DNA of 63,814 nucleotides, counting the filler, from Cercozoa sp. M6MM (lineage: Eukaryota; Protista; Endomyxa: Ascetosporea): assembly GCA_040357565.1 (NCBI GenBank). It is 11 parts of 11 records of this genome, joined end to end, with 100 filler letters (N's around TTAATTAATTAA, not from the genome) between each part and the next. Parts side by side here need not be neighbours in the genome. Positions count along the whole stretch, not along the records: positions 34,435 to 56,093 come from JBDODJ010000191.1; positions 56,194 to 57,419 come from JBDODJ010002103.1; positions 57,520 to 62,518 come from JBDODJ010000998.1; 8 more parts are not named here. The stretch is one strand, 5' to 3'. Within the stretch, counting starts at the first letter, position 1, and each line of letters starts with the position of its first letter. Positions 47,792 through 61,389 of this stretch are shown here, piece after piece. Under the pieces are notes generated by a model. It ran no database searches, had not been told where the DNA came from, and worked only from the letters and a program-made list of their open reading frames with translations. A program made the translations under genes and the position numbers.

Positions 47792-48850
47792 TCAGCTTTC
47801 AAGTTTTTTGAGCACTTTTATCCAGAGTTCGGTCAGTTCTCTTCCGTGCCGGCTTCCTTGGCACCCATACCTTCGCGCACAACGGCAATCGGACCTGCAG
47901 ACAGGAGAGCGTAAAGCCACGTGTGCAATAGGTACGGCACAAGTGAGTGTACTTACACGGAGCGTGATGCACGAGGTAGTCGCTAACTGAGCCTGCGATG
48001 AGTCAGAAAAGGATGTGCGTCCGTGGAAAAGGGACAAGAAAAAACGAGTCGTACCGAGCAAGGTGCGTGCGATAGCACCGCGTCCTCGCGAGCCAACGAC
48101 AAGCAAACTCGCATTGTGCTCTGCACAAACAAAAGGGATGCACAGAGGGCAACATCAAACCGATTCTGAAGGCTCGGCGAACCGTTGCATTGCTCGACAA
48201 GAACGGAGCGCGCATCGCCGGAGATAATCTTGGCAATCTGCTCGAGAATGCACTTGTTCGACAGAGGAAAAAAGCACACAACTAACAACTAACAGACAAG
48301 CTTACGTAGTGGATGCCTTGCTCCTTCAGCCTTTCGGTCAGCGCGTGCAGCAGCTGCTTGCCTCTGTTGAATAGAAAGGACGTCGAATTTACATACACAC
48401 ATGGCAAACGGAAACAGAGAGTACCGTGCGATCTCTTCACGGCGCAATGCCTCCCAGTGCATGAGCACTGCACCGCCGGGACCAGCAACGGGCATAACGG
48501 CGTCAACTGCCCACACAAATCAAAGGTAGTGCATCGCATGGTCACTGCGCAAACTTACCTTCGAGAACGTGGATGAGAACGAGTTGGTCGCTCTCAGGCT
48601 TCACCGAGTTGCTCAGGATCCAGTCGAAGGCGTGCTTGCTGCACAACGAGTGGTCCAGCGCCTGGCTTGCACAAGCACCGTACCAATCATAAGCCCAGCG
48701 AACGATGGTGGCTTACGATGAGAATGCGGCGCTTTGGCTCAAAGTGCTCCTTCGGCGCATGCTCTTCGTCTGATATCAAGCGAAGCACAATTCCGCGTAG
48801 CCGAACATGATCTCAACAAAGGTACGATGGTGGGGTTGTGTCTGACTCAT
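47792..48850 (-). CDS. Universal stress protein (USP) domain protein
   Basis: KRRILIALDHSLCSKHAFDW...LVLIHV...GDARSVL...[36 protein letters not shown]. Confidence 0.93.
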
Positions 48851-49883
48851 TTCCGACAGTTTTGAATTTTGCAAGCGATTACGGAATAAACCAGGCTTGT
48901 ATGGGCTCTAACAAACTCTGGCGCAAAGCAGACCAAAGCTGAGCAGATCTGTTTCTGCTATACAGCTGCTGTTTTCGGAGGTTGCTCGGCTCGGAAGATG
49001 ATTCGCATCAGCTGAGCCGCAAACAAAAAAAATCACCTTTTTGATTTTCTCCGCGTCACCCGTCAATCGCGCCCGCTGGAGATAGAACTTCGTAGCCTGC
49101 AATAGAGGTGTGTCAGACACCCTGGGTTTCATCTTGTGACGTTTCCAGTGACTCGTCTGTGTGGTCAAGTGACCCGATTGAGTGACCTCAACACATTTTT
49201 TCTCGCTTTTTGTTGTGAGCGTGATCGCTCGTTGGTTCGTGAGTGTTGTGGGCCGTGTGTGAGGTACCGCTCGCACTATTGCCGACTTGCGCACTTGACG
49301 GTCTCGTTGCTCGAGCGTTTTCTTGTTCTTGCTTGTCGCTTTTGATGGTTTCCTGTTTGCCACTCCTTTTGAGGCACCTGGCCACTTTTTGTGCGTTTGT
49401 TGGGGTCAAGTGTCATTTTGGCCAGACCAAGCCAATCATTTGATCGGACGCGGTGTTTTCCTGCTCGTGTTGATCGGTGTCACTGATTGATCCGATACGA
49501 CTCTTGGCCAAACGAGGTGCGTCACTTGCCAACCGGCAGGCCGTTTTGTCTGTCTACTCGCGCTGCAAAACTCGCATCGCAGAGGCGCAACGCTAACCGC
49601 TCGGGGTGTACTGCTTCGCTGCAGTGCTCGTTGCCATCTTTGCCTGGGCGCTGTTGGTTGCTTTCTAGTTGTTCTGAACACCGCCTTTTGGTTGCTTTGG
49701 TCGCTTGCGTGCCAGTGTGCCTTGGACCGTTTTTACGCTTTCGCTGCTGTGTTTGGGTGGGTCTAGAGAGCGTTTGAAGCTCATGTGACCGTTGATGATG
49801 CGTTTTGGATTTTGACCATTTTGCTATCGATGATCCTCCTTTTGTGTGATTTCGCAGACGCAGAGAAGGGAGAGCGCGACAGT

Positions 49884-50949
49884 ATGGCTTCCCTGCAAGA
49901 GATCGTAGCCGATGCGGAACTCGCAGTGCGACGCATGGAGCAGGACGGCAAGACCGTCGCTGGTGCAGCAGTCACTGCGAGCGGCAGCACGGACAAGGAC
50001 ATGACGGTTGCCGGTGCGGCAGCAGTCACTGTCGCCGAGAGTGGCAGCAACACGAGCACGCCAGTTCCCGAGAGCGCGAGCAACAATGTCGTTGCAGGCA
50101 GTGCCAGTGTCTGTGCCGGTGTCGACAGCACGACACCTGCCGCCGTCCAGAGCAACCCGCCGGGCTTTGTGCTGCCGAACCCGGCGCTGAACCTGAGCAC
50201 GGCCAACGCAGCTGCCGCCTCGGCGACGCTGGCCAACATCGCGTCGCTACCGACTGTGGCCGGTCTGCCACGGCAGGCCTTCCCGCTGGCGCCTGTGCAG
50301 CACACGCAAGTTCCTGACACCAACTACCAGATGCGCGAGTTCGCATGCACCTGGCGGTCGTGCCGGTATGCAGCATGCGCCCCTCGTATTGGCACACCTA
50401 TCGATACACCTATATGTTTGAGCACAGTCGGCGCTTTCGCTCACGTTCCGAGCTGCAACGGCATCAGCGCACGCACCTGGAAATCCGACCCTACCTGGTA
50501 CGAGCGTTCTCCCTCCNNNNNNNNNNNNNNNNNNNNNNNNNNNNNNNNNNNNNNNNNNNNNNNNNNNNNNNNNNNNNNNNNNNNNNNNNNNNNNNNNNNN
50601 NNNNNNNNNNNNNNNNCCCAGGTTTCTTTACTTTACCTCTGTAGTGCCGTTTTCCGGGATGTGGCCGACGGTTTACGGAGCTGACAACTGCGACGCGACA
50701 CTTGGGCACGCACACGCGCATGGCGCCTTACAAGTGGTGTGTTTCTACCCTACCTTACCGCACCTTAGTCTTACCCCTCCCCCTTTAGTCCGGTGGAAGG
50801 ATGCGGCCAAGGCTTCTCGCGTGGCTCGTCGCTGAAGCGCCACATGCAGCAGTTGCACCTGGTGGCAGCCGGCAGCGACCTGATGCGAGCGGCCACATGC
50901 CTCGGGCAGGATGACCTTACTGACGAGAAACTCCGTGGTACTTTTGTGC

Positions 50950-51014
<65 letters not shown>

Positions 51015-52421
51015 GCGGTTGTGGAAGTGTGCACGTGTGTTTCTGTATGGTGTTGTAGCCATCAATCGTGAGTTGCGCGAGCGCATCAACCGAGCGCACC
51101 CGCGCGACATGATCGAAGTCGTGAACGACCCGGTGGAGGCCGAGTCCAACGAGTCGGACGCGTCGGCGCAGGCGACACCAACGGGCGCCAGGAAGACACC
51201 AGGCACGCGGCAGCACGGCCAGTCGCAGCAGCGGTCGCCGCAGCAGCAACAACAGTCGGTGCAGCCGGCGTCGGCAACGCACACGGTGATCAGCGCCAGC
51301 AGCATTCCAGCGCACATGCTCAGCGAGAAGCGACAGCGCAGCGTGCTGGATGGCGCGCACGGCGAGCACGACGACTCGTGCAAGCGGCGCCGGCGTCGGC
51401 GTGCACCGTCAGCGCAGCAGGTACCCCCTTCCCCCAGCTGCCTAGTGATTGCCCTACCGTCCCGTATCATAGGCACCGATTCAGTCGCTGTCGGAGCTGC
51501 TGTCACTGTCGGCGCAGCAGCAGTTGCTGTGGGCACTGCTGCCCAACGCGCTGCGTGGCTTGCTGTCCGGCACGGACCCGGTGCTGGCGGCGCTGTCGAT
51601 GCCGTCGATGCTGTCTGCGCCAGGTGCGGCGGCTGCGGCTGGCATGCCGAGTGCTGCCATGCCTAGTGCCGCCGGTATATCGCTGCCCGGCACGCCGCCG
51701 GCTGGTCTGTCGCTTCAGCAGTTGTCGCAGGCGATGCCGACGATGCCACTGGCGATGTCGCAGCTTGCCAACGCCGGTGCCAATGCCGGCAGCGATGGCG
51801 CCTCACCGACGCCTTCGATCGACATGACGTCGGCCGGCGGTATGGCCAGTCTGGCCGGCCTGGCAGGTCTTGCTGGTCTGGGTAACCTCCCGAGCAACCT
51901 CTCAAGCAACCTGCCAAGCAACCTGTCGGGCAGCCTGCCGTCTGCCGTGCCAGGTGTCGTACTGCCTAACAGGAGTGGCAGCGCGTCCAGTACCGGCCAC
52001 AGCACAGACAACAACAACAACACCGGCGACAGTCTGGGAGAGCATCGCGTCACCACCACGGCACCTGCCAACGGCGCCAATGCCAGTGCCTCGCGGCGTC
52101 ACAACCTGTCGCTCTCGATGCTGGCCGACACAGTGGTGCGAGCCAGTCGCTCCGCGTCGCCTGCCACCTCGGTATTGTCGTGTCTTATCAATCCATCTGC
52201 TTGTCTGAGATATATATATATATATATATATATATGTGGGTGTGTGTATGATGTGCGTGTGTGTGCAGCCCCTGCCCGTGTCGCCAACGGCAGCGTGCAC
52301 ACCGGCCAGCACGCCTCCCAGGGAAGCCAAGGCTCGACACGAAGCCACTCTCAATCTTGTACAGGCTGCCGTACAGCAGCAAAAGAAGCAACAGCAGCAA
52401 CAACAGCAGCAGCAGCAGTAA
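49884..52421 (+). CDS. C2H2 zinc-finger transcription factor (3 fingers) with a low-complexity tail and C-terminal polyQ; internal N gap
   Basis: FACTWRSC..RFRSRSELQRHQRTHLEIRPY; CRFPGCGRRF...RHLGTH; CPVEGCGQGFSRGSSLKRHMQQLH. Confidence 0.9.
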
Positions 52422-53066
52422 TTTTAACGTTGCCTCCAAGTCGGGTCGCTTTGCTTGCATCGCACGATGCGCCAAACTGCCTCATTTTGGATTTATACTA
52501 TATCTGATCGTCTTCGCCGGTATGAACCCGGGCCGACACTCAGAATATGTAGTCTCCGCTTTGTTTCGTTTGCTCCGCTCGGCTTCAGTTGAAGTTTTAA
52601 TTTCGATTTGGTGTGGTTCGCCTTTTGTTACTCGACTGGCGTTTGTCATGCTTCAGTGATAGTGGACCAACAGGTCGCTGTCACACTAGCTGTTCGTGTA
52701 ATAAGGCCAAACGAAAGGTACAAGCCCATCGTCGTAGTAAATTTAGACCACCGCCTGCTTAGGGTAGGGCCACCCAACTCCCTTTTTTAATTAGCTCTCG
52801 GCTGGCGTAGTACGCGCACGGCACTCGATGCAATCGATGAAAATAACGTCCAATTTACGGTGCGCTGCCTTTTCGGACTTTCGTTGTGGAACTGCACTGA
52901 ACCTTTCCTTGCCCGAACACCATTCTTTCGGACTCGTTTAAACTTTACAGCCTTCAGCCAGAGTTTAGTGAATTTTGCCATAGTTGCCGTCCTCCCTGCG
53001 ACACCCCCCCTCGCGGGACTGAAACTGAAACGCCCTTACTCAGTTCTGGAACAGCACTGAACCAAA

Positions 53067-53666
53067 ATGAAGACGTTCTCGTTGCTCTTGCTGCTGACTA
53101 ACGTAAGAAATTGCATTTGTTTCTCGCTTTGTCGCTTCTTTAGTTGGTAGCGACTGTCTGGCACTATCATGTGGGGGCAGGTGTTGTCCGTGTTTGGAGA
53201 TGGTACTTGTGGAGACCCGGCAACCGCACCGGAAGAGTTCCTCACCGTTCAAAACTGCACAATTGCTTCAAACTCCTATGAACAGCGATGTCAAAAGGTA
53301 CATATCTTGAATCCACGAGCCTGAAGCGACTTTTGGGGCACACTTATTTGGCAATATCAATTTGTAGGTCGTCCTCTGTCGGTTCAAGCAAACCGACCTC
53401 CGACAGATTGACTGCAACCCGCGTGGTACTCCCAGCCTTTCATAAGTTCAGCTGTCTAGTTCGTGCAGAGATATACAAGGATAGTATTAATATTCAGAGT
53501 GCCTGAGACACTGCCGAGTGGACACGCGGACGTCGATCTCGCAGTGCATGGACGTGACCTCAGTTCCGAACCTCATCGCTGCAGGTGGAGGTTCAAGTGG
53601 CTACTCGTACCAGAACTCGCCCTACAGCTACGGGCCCAACGTAAGCCTGCATTTATAGTAGTCCAC

Positions 53667-53721
<55 letters not shown>

Positions 53722-54496
53722 CTAACTATGCATTCCATGCAATGTCACTGTGTGTAGCAAGCGCTGCTGTGCGCAGCCGTGGTTCAGTACTCCTGCTTCG
53801 ACTCTCTGATGGATGCGTACGTTGATGAGTCTTTGTGCGGTGGGTGCCCTGATGCCGGTGAGTTTCGCGCTTCTACAAGTCTCTGGCATTGCACTTTCGG
53901 TGTCGCATATAAAACACTTTTCGTTTCGTTTTTGTAGCGATTCCGTGCTCGCCCTCGCTGTGTCCGTCGATAACGACGACTTCGCCTTCGTCGACGACTT
54001 CAACACCGACTCCGACAATGACGTCAACGACGACAACGCCGACGACTACAACGCCAACGACGACAACGCCGACGACGACAACGCCGACGACGACAACGCC
54101 GACGACTACAGCGCCGACGACTACAGCGCCAACGACCACAACGCCGACGACCACAACGCCGGTGACTACAACGGCGGCTCCGACAACAACCACAACAGCT
54201 ACAACAACCACAACAGCAGCTACAACAACGACAACAGCAGCCACTACGACCACAACGGCGGCGACAACTACTACGACTGCGGCAGCGCCACCTGGCTTCC
54301 GTGGTGCTGGGGGGTATTTACAGCTCCTTCTGCTTTTTGAGACCGCCGCAGGGGTGTAATATATCTGTGTGTCTGGTGTATCAGTGAGGACGATGACTAC
54401 AACGACCTGGATAACTCCGCCGCGCATCGCGTCTCGGGCGTCGTTGCGAGTCTCCTTCCCGTTCTCACGTTCGCTGTGAGAATGGCGCTCGTCTAG
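53067..54496 (+). CDS. Secreted, predicted GPI-anchored mucin-like protein with a Cys-rich N-terminal domain
   Basis: Signal MKTFSLLLLLTNVLSVFG; Cys-rich domain; (TTTTP)n/(TTTTAA)n stalk; C-terminal NSA followed by the hydrophobic tail VVASLLPVLTFAVRMALV*. Confidence 0.85.
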
Positions 54497-55072
54497 CCTG
54501 TCGCGTGATGAAGGTTACCGACTGAGCGACGTATTTAGCCCTGCTACTCACTCACAAGTCACCTTGAGTCAACAGAATATACAGTATATCCACCGTATCG
54601 TCAGTGTGCAAGGGAGAAGTGCCGAGTCCAATCCCCGGAAAATTACCACCCGTGACGTGATCATGACTTCAGTTAGCTAGTTGAGTCTACATAGAAACCT
54701 GCACTGCTTCTGAGGTGGGATCACAAGCGGGGCCGTCCACCGCCCGCTTAGGGTGGCGCCGTTCAACTCCCCTTTTGAACTGAAGTTCCAACCGAATTAA
54801 ATCAGCCCAAGCACTGCGGTCAAAGTGCGTGAGCTGTAGAAAGCTTGACCCAACACCGCACTTGGCTAGCAAAACAAAATCCTTCGCCATTACTTAACCA
54901 TATTGGTTCAGATTTGATCATCCTCGCTAACGAGTAGTCAGATGACAACTTGATTGAGAAATGCTATGCCGTAACAAAGTACTAGTCCGCGTCCATATCA
55001 GAAGGGTGAGATCAGAGGGCGTAGGTCAGTAGAGCGCTTGCGCAAAAGGACGGTCGGGCAGGTGTAGACCGT

Positions 55073-56057
55073 TCATCGTATACCGACGTCGTGGGTGTGC
55101 TCACTAGTACTGGAGGTGTCCAAGTCGAGATCCGGCTCAGGCTCAAGCTCGAAACGCGGCCGTGCGTCCCGCTGCGCGCGCACGGCCTGCAAGGCGTCCA
55201 CGCGTCGGTCGCGGTAGAGGCCGCCGAGTTGATCGTCGTCTGAGTCCGAGTCAGAGGTGTCGCTTTGGATCTGCGACTCGGGCTCACTCATGTCCAAGTC
55301 CGACTCGTCGTCCAATCGGTCTGGCTCGGCAAATTCATCGTCGCTGTCACTGCTACCGTCGGTCCGTCTAAACGTCAGTGGTCGAGCACCCATGCCTTGA
55401 AAGAACGCGTCCAGTAGATCCTGCAGTAGTTAAATTCCCTTCTTACTTCCCTCTTACACCCGTACCCCCCCCCCCCCCCAGAAAGAAGGGTACGACTTCG
55501 TCGTCGGAGAAGAGTTTGCGCGACATGCACTCGAACGTGTCGTGTCGCTCCAGCGCCCTCAGCAGGAACTCGGGGATCGGCGGCGACTCGTCGTCCTCCG
55601 CACGGACTACAGGTGTTCCCACACGCCGCGCGGATGCTCGGAAATACCACAAAAACAAAAACAAAAACCGAAAAAAAAACTACGAAACTCGGAGCGAAAA
55701 CGGCGAATTTTCAGCAGCTCAGCCAGCAAAAATGGCTACACCGAAAACAGACCAGTTTTGACAAGTAGCCACATGTGTAGCCACCTTGTAGCCACATATG
55801 TAGTCATCTTGTAGCCACATGTGTAGCCACATGAATACAAACACTTACGTAGATGCGCACTTCGTTGTACAGGTGCGGCCTCAGCAGCGAGATGCACTTG
55901 CCCTGGGGGAGGGGGATAAGGGGTGTGAGGGGGAGGGGGGTAAAGGGGGTACAAAGGTGCCACGCCGACCGCAGCGTCCTGCGCGCTGCGCAAAGGCGTG
56001 GAAGCACTTCTTGGCCGTCACATTCTGCGACACGCCATCTTCGCGTCGCTTCTACTG
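55073..56057 (-). CDS. SF2 (DEAD/DExH) helicase C-terminal part with an acidic tail; 5' partial
   Basis: AFAQRAGRCGRRGTF|GKCISLL is helicase motif VI plus the following strand; Asp/Ser-rich tail. Confidence 0.7.
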
Positions 56058-56193
56058 TCAGACACATCATCACCCCTTAAAACATGACCCTCTNNNNNNN
56101 NNNNNNNNNNNNNNNNNNNNNNNNNNNNNNNNNNNNNTTAATTAATTAANNNNNNNNNNNNNNNNNNNNNNNNNNNNNNNNNNNNNNNNNNNN

Positions 56194-56242
<49 letters not shown>

Positions 56243-56265
56243 GTCCCGCTGTGTTCTGTCTCTTA

Positions 56266-57227
56266 GAACGAGATCGCAGGTGCGGAGTGCCGTGGAGCGT
56301 CTGCTCTCGCAAGATTCCATTGTGATTGTCGACTACCTCAATGCACAGGTATATATACACACACACACATATATATACTATATGTATCTATATTGTTTAC
56401 CGATGTACACCTCCCTATCCACCCACCTACCTTACTTACAAGCAGAAAGGCTTTCGATACGAGTTGTTCACACGCGCGAGAGAGGTGTGTCTTCATCACT
56501 CCTATTGTACACACTGACTGGTGCTTTCATTGTTACAGGTTCGCACACCTCACATGGTGATCTTTGTGGCCACGCCACTGGAGACCTGCAGCAAATTCCA
56601 CGCGCACACACTGCGGCACGGCTACACCAGTGAGAGTGAGAGTGAGAGTCACAACACTGCCGATGATAATGAGGACTACACCGAGGGTAGTGAGTTGTCT
56701 ACTTGTCTGCCTGTCCTAGTATCTCAATAGGGAGTTCTTTTCAAAGGCGAGCACAATGCCTACCCGGTGCATATCTTTGATGACCTAATGCGACGGCTAG
56801 AAGTGCCCGAGCCGCGTCGTCGCTGGTACAGAAGTCATCTTTATTGTGTTGTGTCACTCTCTGCCTTGGTATACCTCACTTCAAACAGGGACCGTCCGTG
56901 CTTCACCCTGCTGCCAGAGACATCGCTCGACTCCTTGTCGGATGAACTAGTTGCTGCGGTAAACTTCCTTCTGTCCAGGCATTATACCGCCGTACGATGT
57001 CACGCCTGTCCGATGCCTGTCTAGGTGCGCGGTGACGGTAAGCGACAGAAAACGAGTTTTTCCACGGCCAAGGTATTCGCTTGTTTCTTTTTGTTTTTTT
57101 TTTATTGTGTCAAATTTGCAAACGTGTGCTTCTAGGTGCGCACAAAGACATCAAACGTGTTGCAGCGAGTTGATGTTGTCGCCAAAAAGGCCGGTATCAT
57201 GTCTATATATATATGTCTGTCTGTATG

Positions 57228-57259
<32 letters not shown>

Positions 57260-57360
57260 GATATATATATATTTGTATGAATGATAGAAACACTCATTCG
57301 AGAGGCGCAAAGGGACCTGGCACCGCACGTCGTTCTTCCTGTAACTTCTGTCGACTTGTC
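56266..57360 (+). CDS. KTI12: KTI12/DRL1 Elongator-associated protein, internal part
   Basis: RSAVERLLSQDSIVIVDYLNAQ|KGFRYELF...YPVHIFDDLMRRLEVPEPRRRW|DRPCF. Confidence 0.92.
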
Positions 57361-57377
57361 AACCATCCACACTTATG

Positions 57378-57419
<42 letters not shown>

Positions 57420-57519
57420 NNNNNNNNNNNNNNNNNNNNNNNNNNNNNNNNNNNNNNNNNNNNTTAATTAATTAANNNNNNNNNNNNNNNNNNNNNNNNN
57501 NNNNNNNNNNNNNNNNNNN

Positions 57520-57551
<32 letters not shown>

Positions 57552-57580
57552 ACGGCACCATCAGACTTATCGCGGACACA

Positions 57581-58328
57581 CCTTGAGAGCTGCCTTGTCG
57601 CGGAAGGCCTTCTCCACCTCAATCTCGAGGATGTACATGGCCTGCAGGTACTGCAGCGGCACGCCGTCCTTTCGCACGAACTTGCGCGCGGCGTCCATGG
57701 TGTCGCCGAGTTTCTTCAGCGCGTCCACGGCGGACTCCCACTCGGCCTTCTCGACGTGCGAACGCAGAGCGTCGCTGCAGACACATACCCGATGATGGTT
57801 GTCACGTGTCATCCGGACACTGAGTAGTAGAGTACGCAGCATCAGTGGCGGCCTTGGTCTTGCGCTCGTGCGCCGACACAACGACACGCTCCTCATCGGA
57901 GAACTCGACGTCCGAAAAGTCGCCAAAGTCAATGTCGATGCGCATGCCAGCCGGGGTGGCCGAGCGCTCCTCGGCCTCCTCTTCCGACACTACATCAGCT
58001 TCTGCTCAGGCAAAGCAGTAGATAGGAATCAGACAAGGGCAACACAAAGCAACAATAGGAATCATGAAACACAACACGTGAATAAACCGACAAAAAACAA
58101 CACAAAACACACGCAAAAAACAAGAAAACTCAAACGAACTGATTTCCTTCGTGGGAAATTCGTCACGCCATCCAAACACGCAGTAGTGCGCCCAACACAC
58201 AGCCCGGCACCACGCGCGGTCACTGTGCACACTCGGCGCGTCAAAAAGCGAGAACACTTACCATTGTCGCTGTATTCGTAATCGGTGTCCTCGAACTCGT
58301 ATTCGTCGCCGCCGAAGAACTTCGACAT
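57581..58328 (-). CDS. EIF3C: Translation initiation factor 3 subunit C, N-terminal part
   Basis: MSKFF plus acidic stretch, ERVVVSAHERK, EW..AVDALKKL, GVPLQYLQAMYILE...K match the eIF3c N-terminus. Confidence 0.85.
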
Positions 58329-58574
58329 GGCTAAGTCTCGAGGCGCTGCCGGAGTTCACCTGCGTTGTCGTGCGAGGCTCTAGGGCACGCCGGCTCACGC
58401 TTGCAGTCCGGCTCAATTTTGAGTCGAACCCGTGGTTCCAAGATCCCGATGCCAGCAGCTTTTCTGTTTTCGCGATCTGCCGAGGCTGAAGCAAACTGGC
58501 TTCATAGATACACTTTAGGCGAACAAAATGTCTTGGTTTTCCCAACGTGCGTTTTTGATCGCCACCTTGTTGAC

Positions 58575-60192
58575 ATGATGTGCGGAAAGTAGTGCGGGTG
58601 ATTCTGGGTTGTTTCAAGACGATTGTTGTGTTTTCCTCATTCCATCACTTTCTCATGCATTGAACAAGTGATGTACTGTAGTGGTCTCCAGGGTTAGAGG
58701 AGGGGGCGATCAAACACCCCCTCAGCAGCAGCAGCAACAACGCAGGGAGAGGCAATTGCACCAATCGCCTTTGCCACAGCGACCTATGGAGCGACAAAGA
58801 CCGACGCTGGTGTTTACATATTTGTTTAGGACAACGTGTGTGTGTACTTGTTGCTTGTGTAGGTGCACGTGTACTCAGAAGACTCAATTCCAAGCAACTA
58901 CCACCGATCAAGGCACATGTAAAATTGCCTTTCCAGTCGACAAGTTATGTGTATGCGTGGGACGCTTGTGGATGACAGGTCGCTCTCGCGGACAGAGAGA
59001 AGAGCACCGGGCCTCGCGAGCAAGCACTTCAGTTTCGAACAGGACACACATGATACCGGTTTTGTAAGTACCCCCCCCCCCCCGTGTGCGGGCCTTGATA
59101 CTCTGGTGCTCCTGCAGGAGCAAGTTTTGCGACTGTCAAAACTAAACCTTCGACCACAGAACACGTCGCCGCTGCCTTTTTTCGTGGCTTTGCAGGTATA
59201 TACTTGTCAAATAGAGCGTGCTTGCCTCCACGACTCTGTTAACTCAGGAAGCCGTTCCTTCGCGCCTCGCGCTCGCACAGTGGAAGCTAATTTTTTCTGT
59301 TGCCAGGTGCCTTTCTCTGCATTTTGTCCCGAGTGTCTACATATCCTAACTTCTGCTGCTGTAGAGATGGCCAGTCACTAGGCAGTTTGCAACGGCGGCT
59401 GGCACGGCACGCAGAGTCCGCACAGGGCGAGTGCGAGTCCGTGCTGATCTGCCAGACCAAAAAAGGCACTTTTTGTGTTTTGTATTGGACCGTGTGTTTG
59501 TTTGCTTTACTTGGACTGTCAAATGCGTAGGTGACGTCTTGGGTGCCTTTGTGACTGACTTGTGGCGTCAGCAGCCGTCACACTTTGGCACAGGAGAGTC
59601 TTTCGTGTTTCGATGGCGACGGTACGATGCTAGGCTCCCGGTATTATCTGTTCCATCGTGTGTAGTCATGTGCACACTGCCAGCTATGCAGGGTATTGGT
59701 GAGGAAGATGACGAAGAAGAAGAATGGGAACCAACCGAGCAATTTGGCAAGCTAGACGTGTACACGTACGATATGTTTCCAAACAGCCCTACCTGCTCAC
59801 CCACTTCCGCGCCTGTGCAGCTGGAGTGGCGACAATGACTTTTTTCAATCTGCCGGTTCCAATGGCAAAGACGACAAGCGGGTACTTTGCTAAGCACTTT
59901 GCTGAGGCTGTTGTTTTTTGTTTTAGGTGTACTCTTTGTCCTTGTGTAGCCAGCATCGGCAGCGTCCTACATCGCCGTGGGCGGTGGGACGCGCTCGGCA
60001 CTGCGACTGGACGCCGATTTGGTTCGTGGTTCGACCGGAGCTTGCGAGGTAGTTTGTGTTGTTGTGTCTCGTTTCTACCCAAGTAACCCTGACGGAATGT
60101 AGACGTTTCATTCACCGCCGCTGGTGCAAATTGATGCAGCCGATTTTGAACTGGCACTTGTGGAAGTGTGGGGATTCTCACTTCACTTGTGA
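58575..60192 (+). CDS. TLDc (OXR1-like) domain protein; start approximate
   Basis: DGQSLGSL, GDVLGAF, HFGTGESFVF, WSGDNDFF, IAVGGG...ALRLDADL.RGST..CETFHSPPL...DFE...VEVWGF. Confidence 0.93.
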
Positions 60193-60329
60193 CAGTTGAT
60201 CTACGCGAGAACGACGTCCGAGTTCTCGCGCAGAATCTTCGTACCGCGTCGAATTGGTTGCGTTTCGGCTAAATTTGATTGGGCCCTCGGTCCCGGAGCT
60301 CGCGTCGTTAGTTAGATAGTTATTAGTTG

Positions 60330-60895
60330 AGTCTTATGTTACTGTCAACATCAAACAACCTACTCGGCTGACTACTTGCTCCGCGTGGAAGCAACAATCA
60401 GTCATGCTAAATAAGAATTGAAGTGTTTTGCTAAGGTTGAAAGCTGGTAACCTAACAATTGAGTGCTGCCTAGCTTGGCATACCCTGTGTTTGGTAGAGT
60501 GGCGAGCAGCTTGAAACTGCTGCAAGAATTGAATAAAGGCCCTCTTTCCGATACCAGGTACCTCAGGGATACTGTGCTTGTTGACACCAAAGCAACTGAC
60601 TTGCTCTAGCTTGAGCAGGCAAGAGGGTTTGTTTTTCTTTTGTTCATCATCGAACAAGCCCCTCAACACTCTCAACTGTAACGACGGCCCTACCTTGGGG
60701 TAACCTTCTCTCTTCTGATATCTTTCGGTTTATTGAGACGTCGAACGAACACTAAATTAAACGACCTTACATTCTTACTTTCTTTAGTCGTTGTCTTCAC
60801 TAAAATTGACAATCTCACAATCAACACTTATAGGAAACCAACGAAGTAGTTCCCTTGCACCAGTCTGGGGTGGGTCACAAGCGAAGAGCATGCTC
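60330..60895. repeat. Composite intergenic repeat containing segments also present at about 11000, 30000 and 42500
   Basis: See the individual matches listed above. Confidence 0.8.
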
Positions 60896-61389
60896 TCGCA
60901 TCGATCGGATCCCGTTGGCACCTGTCGATACCCGACGTTTACGATAGTTGATTTTTAGCGTCAGTTGTATATTTAACTACCAACCCGTCACTTCTGTTGC
61001 TGACGTCTTCATTTCGCTGCGTGCCACTACTGCGTAGTTTTTGTATGTTTAACGACCGACCGATAAGTGTACAGCGCGTGTCCAGTCGGGTCCACAGCCG
61101 GCATGTCATGTTGTGGTGTAATACCCGAACGGTATCACTTTCAGTTGCTTTACATCGATTGGTGTCCAGTCGAGTTTTCACTCCGCTCAGTTCCGGGCGA
61201 GAATACCGGACCAAAGAATGTAAAAAAGCCTGTCACTGGCAGTCACGAGCCCAATGGCAGCACCGTCGCCTTAGCATTGCAGCGGTGGGCTTAGTGCAAG
61301 AATTTATTCCTCGACTACAGCAAGCTCTTGTTGTCTTCTGACGACTTCATGTGCCGCGTTTTCAATCAAACCGCGCACCACCTGGTATG

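Noticed and set aside
48715-48780. Suspected frameshift at the USP N-terminus
   Set aside because: Re-reading shows GAG CCA AAG CGC CGC ATT in frame (EPKRRI).
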